DNA from: Cyanophora paradoxa CCMP329
Lineage: Eukaryota; Plantae; Glaucophyta
Length of the DNA: 64,000 nt
Assembly: GCA_004431415.1 (NCBI GenBank)
Contig: QPMI01000063.1
Span: 1 to 64,000, forward strand
Reading direction: 5' to 3'
Notes under the pieces: generated by a model
Database searches by the model: none
Told to the model about the DNA's origin: nothing
Seen by the model: the letters and a program-made list of their open reading frames with translations, nothing else
Made by a program: the position numbers and the translations under genes
Shown here: positions 11,781 through 22,300 of the stretch, piece after piece
Layout of the letters: every line of letters starts with the position of its first letter
Position numbering within the stretch: position 1 is the first letter of the stretch

Positions 11781-13150
11781 ATGGATATCACTTCCACTCT
11801 TCAAAGACTTTCGCTGAAAGAAGCCCTAACAACCCCAGAGGAGGCGAAAGCCTTTTTCCTGGATAACTCCCTTATGCTTGGTCTCGAATCCAAGTCTAAG
11901 CCAGTTCTAGTTGTTGTGAATCCCAGCAATACTTTTGAGAATAATGTAGGAAATCGCATTTCCTTCAAGCTACCTCGCTACAATTTCTGTGGAAAACTCG
12001 AACTTGCTTTCGACCTTCCAGCTATTACTTTTGCTGGTGATACTGACCTAGTTCGAAATGGATACACTCGCCCTGTCGGTGCTTTAGTTCAGCGACTTGA
12101 AATTACCTATGGATCTTACACCTACCACATCCCCTCTGATTTCCTTGCTCATTTCCCCCTGGTCTATTACTCGGAGGATCAACTAGCTAAAAAGAAACGC
12201 TCAATGGGCATGGTTCATGGTATCCCTGCTCATGGAACTAACCGACTTGGTGGCTCATTCTTTGTTGAAATCCCAGTGCCTTGGCTAAATCACTATCTTC
12301 CCCTTGGTGCTTTATCTGGTGAAATGGTTGTTACTGTTTGGTTTAAGGATGCTGACAAGGGTTATGTCGAAACTTCCTATGGTGGTCGTGGTCTTACTGT
12401 TGCAGCAGCTGATGTAGATTATTCAAAAGATGATGGTCTTGGAACTGCCCCTGCTGAAACTGTTCTGGCAAATGTTGGTCAAAACATCACAGACTTTACT
12501 CTTGGTGCAACAACCCCTGTCATTTCTATTACTTCTCCTCGCCTTTACATGCATGCTATTAATGTTTCTGATGAGCTTTTCGCTACTGTAATTGAAAAGG
12601 TTAAGACTACTGGCATGGCTATTCCTGCTCTAGACATTGGGTTTGTTGATGCTAGTGCTTTCCCTGCCAAGGGCAATGCCCAACCCAATCGAATTAACCT
12701 CTCTCAAATCTCAGGTCTTGTATATGCTCTGCTTGTTTCAGTTCGTGATAATGCAACTGTTGACAAAGCCACTGGCTCCCACAGTGTTCTTAAGACCTAT
12801 GCCAACTCCAAAGAGATAACATTCACAACTGAAATAAATGGTCAGCGACTTTTTGCCACTGAGCCAATTTCCCTACTCAAAGGTGCTGAGCTAATTGCTG
12901 ATGCTTCAAATGCTCTAACATGGATAAGGTTGCTGATCGCTATGTCCTTTCAGGATTGCCTTTCTGCCTTGATGGAGAAAAGGCGATTCGAAATATTGCC
13001 CAGTCTGGTTATGTTGATTTAACAAATTCCTCCTCTTCATTCCTCACCCTCTACATGCCTTCAGATAAGGTAATCGATGTTAATGTTCGCGCTCTCATGC
13101 ATAGCTTTATTATTGTCGACAAAGATGGTTTACGCAGAATTAATTTATAG
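11781..13150 (+). CDS. Double jelly-roll major capsid protein (~455 aa, one frameshift near 12920)
   Basis: ISFKLPR...LELAFDLP, GALVQRLEITYG, FFVEIPVPW...LPLGAL, C-terminal GYVDLT...VNVRALMHSFIIV. Located between penton and ATPase. Confidence 0.8.
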
Positions 13151-13222
13151 ATTGTTACGATATATCGTAAGGCATTTAAGGAAAAAGTGATTATTTATTT
13201 TTGAAAACATTTAAAAAGTCAA

Positions 13223-14154
13223 ATGTCGCATACTCGTGAAACTTTCATAGCCAAGGCTATTCAGGTCCATGGTGAAAAGTATGATTATTCGAAAGTTGAA
13301 TTTCATGGGGTAATGAAGAAAATTACTATAGTCTGCAGAATTTGCAACACTGAGTTTATTCAAGCTGCCCATAGTCACATAAACTCTAAATGTGGCTGTC
13401 CAGCTTGTGGGAATATCAAAAAAGGAAAATCGCATAGGTTGACTCAAGATGAGTTTGTTGAAAGGGCCAAGCAGAAACATAAAGATCTGTACGATTATTC
13501 GGAGTCTGTTTATATAAGGACAGATGACCCTATAACAATTTTCTGCAAGAAATGTCAGGAATATTTCACTCAAAAGCCACACAAACACATGCAAGGAGAT
13601 GGGCATGCAAAATGTAAAATGGATCGCATCAAAGATAAGTTGCAAATGGGGATTGAGAAGTTTACAGAGAGGGCATTAAAACTCTACGGGATAACTATGA
13701 CTTATCTAAAGCTGAGTATGTTAATGCAAGAACAAAAGTTACCATTATCTGTAAGAAGTGTGATCTTGAATTCAAAAAGACACCAAGCGATTTTCTCAAT
13801 GGGTATGGCTGTCTGTCATGTAGATCGTCTATTGGTGAGACGAAAGTTCAAGCAGCCCTAAAAGAAATTGGTTTAGACTTCTCAATATCCCACAGATTTC
13901 CTGATTGCAAGCATAAAAGAGTTCTCCCATTCGATATTTATATTCCATCTCTCAAAATTGCAATTGAATATGATGGTATACAACATTTCAAACCTGTGGA
14001 ACAGTTTGGAGGTCAGAAGGCCTTTGAAGATACCCAAATTCGTGATGGAATTAAAAATCGGTACTGTGAAGCTAATAATATCAAACTCCTAAGAATCCCA
14101 TACACCGAAACTGATATTGAGGGCTGCATTAAACGATTTCTATCTCACCTGTAA
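13223..14154 (+). CDS. Zinc-ribbon repeat + Vsr/PD-(D/E)xK-like endonuclease (homing-endonuclease-like), one frameshift
   Basis: Three YDYS...ITIxCxxC...GCxxC-type repeats. After a shift near 13690 the C-terminus reads SIGE...LPFDIYIP...IAIEYDGIQH...RDGIKN..C....IKLLRIPY, stop at 14154. Confidence 0.8.
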
Positions 14155-14207
14155 ACCATTTTCAGTCTCCCTGCATTATTTTTATCTGTCTCTTTATAGA
14201 GAGAACC

Positions 14208-14714
14208 ATGAACGATTTGGATGAATTTGTGGCTGGTGAAATGATTAATCCCCCTTTTCGAGTCCTAGCAATTGGTAAATCAGCAACTGGTAAATCAGAA
14301 GCTGTAAAGTATTGGTTGAAGCAACTGCATGATGCCAAAAAGATTGATGTTGTATTAGTTGTGAGTGGGACTAGCTTCAATCATTTCTGGGATAAAGTGG
14401 CAACACTGCAACTGGGAAAGTGGGATGCCCCTTACATTGCTAAATTGCTAGATGAGAGGCAAGAGAAAATAGAAAAGGGCGAACCTGTTAACCAGTTATG
14501 TGTAGTTTTAGATGATCTTATAGATAATGAGATTGTAGACCTAACTCGTGATAAAATTATTGGCTCTCTGTATTCCAGAGGTCGCCATTCGAAAATATCC
14601 ATTATCTGCATCACACAAAAGCTAAGGAAAGTCTCTTCGACTATTCGAGTTAATTCGGACTATGCAATGTTTCTAAGTGCTGCAAATCGCAAAGAACTTG
14701 AAGCCATAGAGGAC
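14208..14714 (+). CDS. A32/FtsK-HerA DNA packaging ATPase, C-terminally truncated at element boundary
   Basis: Walker A GKSATGKS, Walker B CVVLDD, A32 motif RGRHSKISIICITQ, IRVN. The reading frame runs into unrelated GC-richer sequence after ELEAIED. Confidence 0.9.
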
Positions 14715-14900
14715 CCCTTTCTCCCGCCCCCCTTCACCCGCCGCCTGCGCTCGCCGGTGTTCTTTGTCGGAATCGTTGCTTTAATTATATAGTTGATGTC
14801 CTCCAATCCGGCGTCTACACCTTTATAATCCTAATTTTCGCCGAATTTTATAATCCTAATTTTCGCCTAATTTTCCTCGCATTCATAATCGATATCGCAG

Positions 14901-15434
14901 GTATTGCTGCCTTTGGAGTGCCAGGCAAGCTTTGCAGCTCAATTTTACCCTCAACGGTTAAATGTATCTGTATTTGAGTGGCTGTATCGAGCAGGCTACG
15001 TCACGAGTGCGATCAGTAGTATTCTGGCGGGAGGTGCTGCGATTTTCACCAACAGGTCGTTTACCACGCGAGTGTGCCCGGATCTTCAATTCATCTTTGC
15101 GCGCGCTGCGCGGCAATTGACCAAAGCTCAGACGCTCGCGAACCTCGATGGTGGCGCACTGGGAGATTACGCTTCGAAGGTACAAGCTATCACAAAGAAG
15201 CTGCAAGCAAAGATCGATGTCCTGTTGGAGGATTATCACAAGCTTGTGCGGGCCGTGCAAAATCCGGCTGCGCAGCCTGTTCTTGCCCTCGCGGGCGCCC
15301 TTATCGAAATCATCTCCGATGAGCTTGATGACAAAACGGCGGGCCAGTCAGCCTCCGGTGATACTAATTCAAAGCAGGTCCCTCCAGCGGGACCGACAGC
15401 AGCACCGCCTCAGCTTGAAATCAGAAATGCCTGA
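14901..15434 (+). CDS. Orphan terminal exon / gene fragment, unknown function
   Basis: 176-codon ORF with protein-like composition preceded by an acceptor-like ATCGCAG at 14894-14900; no upstream exon visible. Confidence 0.35.
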   Translation, partial: VLLPLECQASFAAQFYPQRLNVSVFEWLYRAGYVTSAISSILAGGAAIFTNRSFTTRVCPDLQFIFARAARQLTKAQTLANLDGGALGDYASKVQAITKKLQAKIDVLLEDYHKLVRAVQNPAAQPVLALAGALIEIISDELDDKTAGQSASGDTNSKQVPPAGPTAAPPQLEIRNA

Positions 15435-16374
15435 TCTAAAAAAATCAAGAGCTCATGTAATTTCCTAAAACCAAAAACAAGGTAGATGGGTAGCAGATCT
15501 GTAGTGTAATATTCGAAGCAATCCGATGATCTCGATTGCGACAATCTCGTGCGGAATCACAGGATTGCGACAATCTCGTGCCAGTGCCTGATGGAGTAAG
15601 GAGGGCGTGAGCATGTTTGACTTCTGTGCGTGAGGCCAAATGCAACCAGACTGAACAAAATATGCGCACGATATGGACGATATGCACACGTCATTTTGCA
15701 TAAAATATATGACATGCATACATGACATGACATGCATATGATCTTGAATCATTAATATGTCATGCAGAGAACTTCGGAGCATAGGAATCCGCGCGGCTTC
15801 ACGCGCCGATCGCGATGAACTCGTCGTTATCGACGAGATGCAAATGCTCGACGCTCCCGGAGTCCCTCCTGACAATCAAATCGGCATCAGTTAGTTTCCG
15901 ATGGCGATGCTTAAAGCGCTATTGCGATTTATATGGCGATGCCTTTTCATTCGTTCAAAAAATATTCTAGCAATTATTACATTCGAATTCAGCGGCCGCG
16001 GGGCGAAGGGGCGTAAGACAGCTCCGGCCGCGGGTCCTTAACAAGGGCGGGCGCCACCTCGCCCTGGTCTCCCTAGGCCTCGAGCTCCACGTCGGCGGCG
16101 GGCGATGGGCGGGCGTTTTCAGCGCCCCCCTCGAGCTCGTCCGCCCGCCTCTTCCGGAGGCGGAGCACTCGAGCTCGAGCTCGCGCGCGGCCGATATCGA
16201 TCGCGAAGAGCCGCGTCGCCGTCGCCACCTGCAGGCGGGGCGCTGGACCCGTCGCCATATTGATTGATACTTGTGCCGTGGTGTATATAGTACTCCGAAG
16301 CGCACATCGCGATCGCTCTTCAGTGAGCGGGGCGAAGTTTTCGATTTTTCGCATTTGCACGCTTCAGATTCGGC

Positions 16375-19300
16375 TCACTGGGGCGAAGGAGCGGGGGAAG
16401 AGAGCGGCTCCTCTACGGCTGCGGGGGCGTGCAGCTGGTCGGCCTGGGCCCCCGGCCCACCCTCCCCTCCCGCGGCTCCGACCGGTGGCGGGGAGGCGAC
16501 CTCCTCTGCCGCCCCTTCGCGCGCCTCCTCCGCAGGCGCTGCGGCCGCGGCCGCCCCGTCCATCGCCCCGTCCACCGCTTCCTGCGGATTCATTCCCCCG
16601 CTCGCAGGCGGAGCCCGAGGCTCCTCCGGCTCCTCCGCGAGCTCGCCCGGGGGCGCAGGGGCCCCGTCCGCGGCCGCCCCGTGGGAAGGGGCGGGCTCCG
16701 CTCCCGCGGCGCCGCCCCGCGCGCCCTCGGCATCCGCCCCTCCCCGTCCGCCTCGGCGAAGGGCGGGCGAGCCCTTCGGCGGGCCGGCCGCCGCTGCGCC
16801 GTCCCCGCTGCCGACGCGCCGTCTTCCGCCGCCGGCGCCGCTGCCGTCGCGGCAGCCTGTGGCGCCGCTGGCGCCGCGGCCGCCTGCGGCTCCGCGCTGC
16901 CGCCTGCGGGCTCTGCCTGATGGTCCTCAGGCTTGTGCTCGCCCGCCGCGGCGGTCGGCGGCGCGGCGGCCCGTCGGTGGCCGCCTCGCCCCCCGCCTCC
17001 ACCGCCTCTGCCGCCTCTGACGGGGCACGCCGAGCGTGACGAGCGCGGCGGCGGCCGCCGCGTCGGCGGCGCCCCGGGCCCGCGCCTTGGCGGCGCGCAT
17101 GTTGTTGACGGCGTAGCCCGTCCTGCGCGGCCTCGGGGCCCCCTCGCCGTCCGCCCCGCCGGCCCCCGTCCCTCGTCCTCGGACGCGAGCCGCGCCGGCC
17201 GCTGCCCCGCGACAGCCGCTTCGGCTGCTGCCGCACCGGCACCGGCGCCGGCGCCGGCGCCGCCGCCGCCCTCGGCGCCTCCTCCGCCGAGGTGCCTGCG
17301 GGGCGCCTGGGCAGAAGCCCCCGGGTCCTCCCCTCCCGCGGCCGCCTCCGCTCCGACCGCGGCAACGGCGGCGGCGGCGGCGGCGGCGGCGCCCCTCCGG
17401 CTGCCCTTGCGGGGTACGTACGTCGCTTCGACCGCCGCCTCCTGAGCCGACAGGGTGATCAGGGCCCGACGGGGGCGAGACGGGAGGAAAGGGGTCGGCA
17501 CCTCGAGATCCTGGTCGCCGGGCCCGCCCCGCCCCCGCCTGCGCTTGGCCGCGCTGCCGCCCTTCGCCGGGCTCCTCGCCTTGCCGCCCGCCTGCTGGCC
17601 CGCCGAGGCCTCCGCCGGCTGCCCTGCCGCGCCCTCCGCCGCGTTTTCCGCAGGCGCCGCCGCCTCCCCCGTGGCGCCCTCTGCCGGCGCCGCCGACGCC
17701 GCGTCCGGCGGCGCTGTCGCGGCGGCGGCCGCGGCCTTCTTGCCGCCCCTCGCCCTCTTCGGCGCCGGCGGCTTCGCGGCCGCTCCGCGCGGCTTGCGCT
17801 TGGCGCCGGCGGCCGCCGGGGCCGCCTTGGGCTCCTCGTTGCCCGCCCCCGGCGCAGCGCCGCCGGGCGCGGCGGCGGGCGCGGGATACGCCGGGGCACT
17901 CCGACGAAGACGGCGCCGGGGAGGGCGTCGGCCCGCGGGGCGGCGAACCCGAGGGCCCGCGGGGCTTGGCGGGGCGCCAGCCGGCGGCCGCCGCCGGGAG
18001 CGCCACGTGAACCCCACCCGGGGCGCGGCTTCGCCATCGGCGGCGGCGGCGGGGCCGGGGCGGCGGGGCGGGAGCGGCGGGGCGGGGACAGCGGGGCGGG
18101 GCGGGCATCTGCGGGGCCCGGAGGCGGTCAGCGAGGGATAGAGCGCGGGGGCCGAGGGCCGGCGCGCCTGGCCGATGAGTGGTTCATCGCCGTTCGCTGC
18201 CTGGCCGACCTGCCGGGCGCGCGGCGTCAGCGAAGCGGAGCGGCGATGGCGGGCGGGCGGGCGGGCGGGCGCCGCGCACGGGCACTTGTGCCGAGGCGGA
18301 CTCCAACGCGGCGGCCCGCCGGGTGCGCAGCGGCGGCTGCGAGGGCCCGCCTGCCCCCGCCCCGCCTCCTCCCCGACGACGTGTCCGTCTCCTCCGCCCG
18401 CGCCCGCTTGCGCGCCCCGGCGAGCCTCTTCCTGCGCGGCCCGCCCGCTCAGGGCGGACGAGCGGGGCGGGCCGGGGGCTGCGCACGCCGCCGGGTCGGG
18501 GCGCCAGCCCACCGGGAGGAGGTCGTCGGGCCGCAGCTCCGTCGCGCGGATCGCCCGGCTCGCCGGCGGGCCCTGCATCCCGCGAGGTCGGATAAGAGAT
18601 AACCAGGAGAGGGAGCGCGGGGGCGGGGGCGGGGACCTGGGCGGGCTTGAGGCCGGCGGCCTGGCGCTTGCTGAGCTCGAGGTGGTAGTTCGCCGCCTCG
18701 CCCGTCGCCTTGTGCAGGTTCCGCCACCGCCGCCAGCACTGCCCCCGGGGCCCCCGCACGCCGCCTTCACGCCCCGCCGCCCCGCCCCCGCGAGGCGCGG
18801 GACGGCGCTCGGACCTGGTTGTCCGTCCGCGACTGCAACTCCCCCGCCACCAGCGCCCAGCGCCCTGCGCGCCAGGGGAAGGAAGAACGGGTCAGCGGGG
18901 GCCCGCCCCGCGCCAAACAAGGAGGCGGCGGGCTCGAGGGCCGGGGCGGCCGGCGGACCGAGGCCGTGCTTGGCGACGGCCTCGAGCAGCTTCCGGTCGT
19001 CCTCCGCGTCCCACGCGCCCTACCCCGCGCGCCCGGTCAGTCAGCCGGTCAGTCAGCTCGGGCGGGGCGGGGCGGCGCGGGCCCGCTTGAGGTCCGGGTC
19101 GAGGGTGTTCATGAAGCGCTCCCGGCACTGCGAGTCCGTCCGGTGCGGCACCAGGTCCTGGGGGGGAGGTGAGGGGAGGAGGGGGTACTGGTTGGGAGCC
19201 GCGGGGGCCGGCGCGCCTTGACTTTGGCCCAACTCCGCCCGACCTTCGCCACCGCGTCCAGGAGCATCTGGGGGTACGCGTGTTGATACTAGAAAAGGGG

Positions 19301-22300
19301 GGGGGGGACAAATTCTGCACCTGGTCTTCCTCGCGGGTCCAGCGGCCCTTCTTGATCCCCTGCCCGGCCGGATCCCCTTAATCCTGCCAGGCAGCCCGAA
19401 ACAAAAGGAAGGAAAACGGGGTACGGGATTCAGCGTCTTGTCCCAGCGCAGCTGGCACTGGTACGCCGAGCGCCCGTCGAGCTGCCCCGATACCTGCCGG
19501 GGGCGTGAGCGCGGGGGTACGCGGATTCGGGAGGGGGTACGCGCGATCGTCCAGTTCTCTCCCAGGCGCCCCACGGCCTCGCGAAGCATGCGGTCCTGTG
19601 GGGGTACGGATGCGTCGGCACAATATCACGGGGGAGGGGGGTACGGCGCACTTCCTCGTCGGTCCACTTCCCCTTGGTTAATTCGGTGTTGAGGACGCGC
19701 TGGAACCTGCAGAGGACCTGCCACGCCGTCCTGCGGGGGTACATCAGCTCGGGACGGGGTACCGCATCGAATAGTCTGCTTCGTGCGCGCCTGCCGGAGC
19801 GGAGCTGCTGAGCGATCTTCTCCCAGTCGCGCTCGCCTGCGGGGGTACAGGAAAACAGGAAAGTCGGACGGGGGGGTACATGATTCAGAATGGCGCGTAC
19901 CGGCGCGGAAAAGCTTCAGGATGAGTGCGTCCTCCTCCCTGTCCCACCTGACGAAGGGAGAGAAAGTGAGGGCGCGGGAGAAAAGGTCCCAGCGGGGAGA
20001 GGCGGACTGTGGGGCGGGGGGGGCGGGGCGGGGCGGGGGCGCACCGGGGGTGGCGGTTGTTGCAGGGGTCCTCGTTCGCGTACCACTGCCGCCGCACCTC
20101 CTCCTCCGTCCGCCCCCGCAGCTGCCCGCGCGTGAGGCGCGGGGGGGAAGAAGGCGGGGGGTACGGGCACGCGGACCACGTTGGCGGCGATGTCGGCCCA
20201 GTTGATGGCGAGGAGGGGAACGGACGGGGCGGCCGGGGCGGGGCAGGGGGCGGGGCGCGGCGGGCTGGGCGGGCGGGCTCGGGACGGGGACGGGGGCGGG
20301 GCGGGGGCGGAAGGGAGCTGGCCGATGAGGGAGCTGCCAGGGGTCGGGATCGTGGAGGAGGTGCCGGGGGCCGGGGCGGGGGGACCGACAGCGCCAGAGC
20401 GGGGGGCGTGGGGTGCGGGAGGCGGGGGGTATGTGTGCGGGGGCGGCGATGGCCGCGGGGGCTGGGATAGAACCGGAGGGTCCTGGGGCAGGGGCGGACG
20501 CGGGGGCGGGGATGGGACTGATGGAGGGGCCTGCCGAGAAGGGGCCGGGCAGGGGGCTCGAGGAGGGGGTGGGCGCGGCGGGGAGGGGGGAGGGGGAGGA
20601 GGAGGGGGAGGAGGAGGGGCCGGCGAGGGGGGCGGCGGGGGCAGGGGGAGAAAGCCCCGGGGGGGCGGACGAGGCCACCGGGGAGGGCGCGGGCAGGGCC
20701 GAGCGCGTCGCCGGCTCGGCCATCGCGACGATGGGGCGGTCCCGCTCCCGGTCCACGTGCCGCGCGATCTGGGGGGTACCGGATCGTCTGGCGGGGTACG
20801 AGGGCGAAGCGGGGCTACAGCATGCGCACCGCGATGTCCGTCATGCCGTTGATGCGCTCCTTGATCGCCTGCGGGGTACACGTGCAGACCGTGAGCCGTG
20901 CGGGGGGGGGGGCGGTTGTGGGGTACAGCGCTCGCCTGAAGCTCCGCCTCCGAAGTGACGATACCCAGGCGCGCCTTGTTCCGGACCCTGGGGTACAAGA
21001 ACGCCTCAGAGGCAGCGCAAGGGCGGGGTAGGAGGGGACTCACTCGGCGAGGTTCGCAGCGTACAGGTGCCTCTGGACCTGCCGGGGTACGAGCGCGCCT
21101 GGTGAGAAGGGTACTGGAACTCGAAAGGGGTAAGGCACTCGCCTGGCGCTTGACTTCGATTCGAAGCGTCTCCCTTTCCTTCTCGGACCTGAAATTGGGG
21201 ATCGACCGGATCCGAAACGGCAATCGGGGTAGGAAAAAAGGAGTGAAAGGGGGGTACCAGCGCTTTGGGGCCAGGAATATGACCGGGTTCTCCTCGTCCT
21301 GCAGCTTGCGCGCCTCGACGCCGGCCGGGTCGTAAGGAGGGGGTACGCCCTCTTCGAAGCCGTCAGGGGTACTCGAGCGAGCGCGGTCGGCCGAGCCGGG
21401 GGGTACGGGGGCGCACGGGAGAGGACGGAGAAGTAGGACCGCTCGACGAGCCGCCGGAAGAAGGCCTTATCGGTCTGAGGGAGGAGAGGGGGGAGTCAGG
21501 GGCACAGGGGTACAGCCGAAATAAGGGCAGGGGTACGGACCTTCTGCCAGCCCTGGCCCGGCCCTTGCGCCTGAATCTGCAACACGGAGTCGGTTGGGGT
21601 CAGAGGTGCAGGTGCAAGGAGGGAAGAAGGGGGGGGGGGGGGGAAGGGGGGGAGAGCCCAAAAACGCGCGTACCCCGTCGGCGGCATCGGAGGGGAGGCC
21701 GCCCGCCTGCCGCGAGGCGCGCACGATCGCGAGCCGCACCCGCTTCTGCGAGTGGGGGGGGGGAGCTCGGCGGGGGTACGGCGGCGGGTCGGCGAAGGGG
21801 GGTACAGACCGTGAGCTCCTGGTTCTCAGCGATGGCCTCCCGCACCCGCTTCAGCGCGGCGTACAGCTGCGCCTGGTACTCCTGCGTAGCCCCCCGCCCC
21901 CGCGTCAGGCGCGTACCCCCGTGTGAAGGGGGGTACAGGGCGCCTGGTTGGCTTCGATGGCGCGGTAGACGGGGCAGGAGTCGTCGCGGGGCTGCTGGAG
22001 GTCGAAGGAGGGGAGCATGGCGGCCTCGGCCGTGAAGACCGTCCCGGCCCGGCGCGTCCCCGGGATTGGGAAGCGCCCCGCCCCGGGGGCCTCCGAGGGC
22101 GACCCGGGGGCCGCCCCCGCGCCGCCGCCACCGCCGCCGCCGCCGGCGCCGGCGCCGGCGGCGCGGCGGGAGGAGGAGGAGGAGGAGGAGCGGGCGAGGG
22201 GCAGGGCGTGCGGGGCGCGGCGGACGGCGAGGGCGACGGCGGGGTGGCGGATGGACGCGATGGAGGGGTGCAGCACGCCGGGGCCCTTCACCTCCCCCTT

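Larger units (their letters stand above)
1..14714. mobile_element. Endogenous Polinton-like virus / Maverick-type element (partial: morphogenesis module)
   Basis: AT-rich, intronless, mostly very short intergenic gaps, sharp switch to GC-richer host DNA near 14714. Contains MCP, two penton-like genes, A32 ATPase and fibre. No polymerase, integrase, protease or terminal repeat is visible in the window. Confidence 0.88.

Noticed and set aside
1-14714. Bacterial prophage or contaminant, given S74 and tail repeats
   Set aside because: No terminase, portal or HK97 capsid. The jelly-roll MCP, pentons and A32 ATPase indicate a eukaryotic PLV-type virus, though a chimeric join is not excluded.
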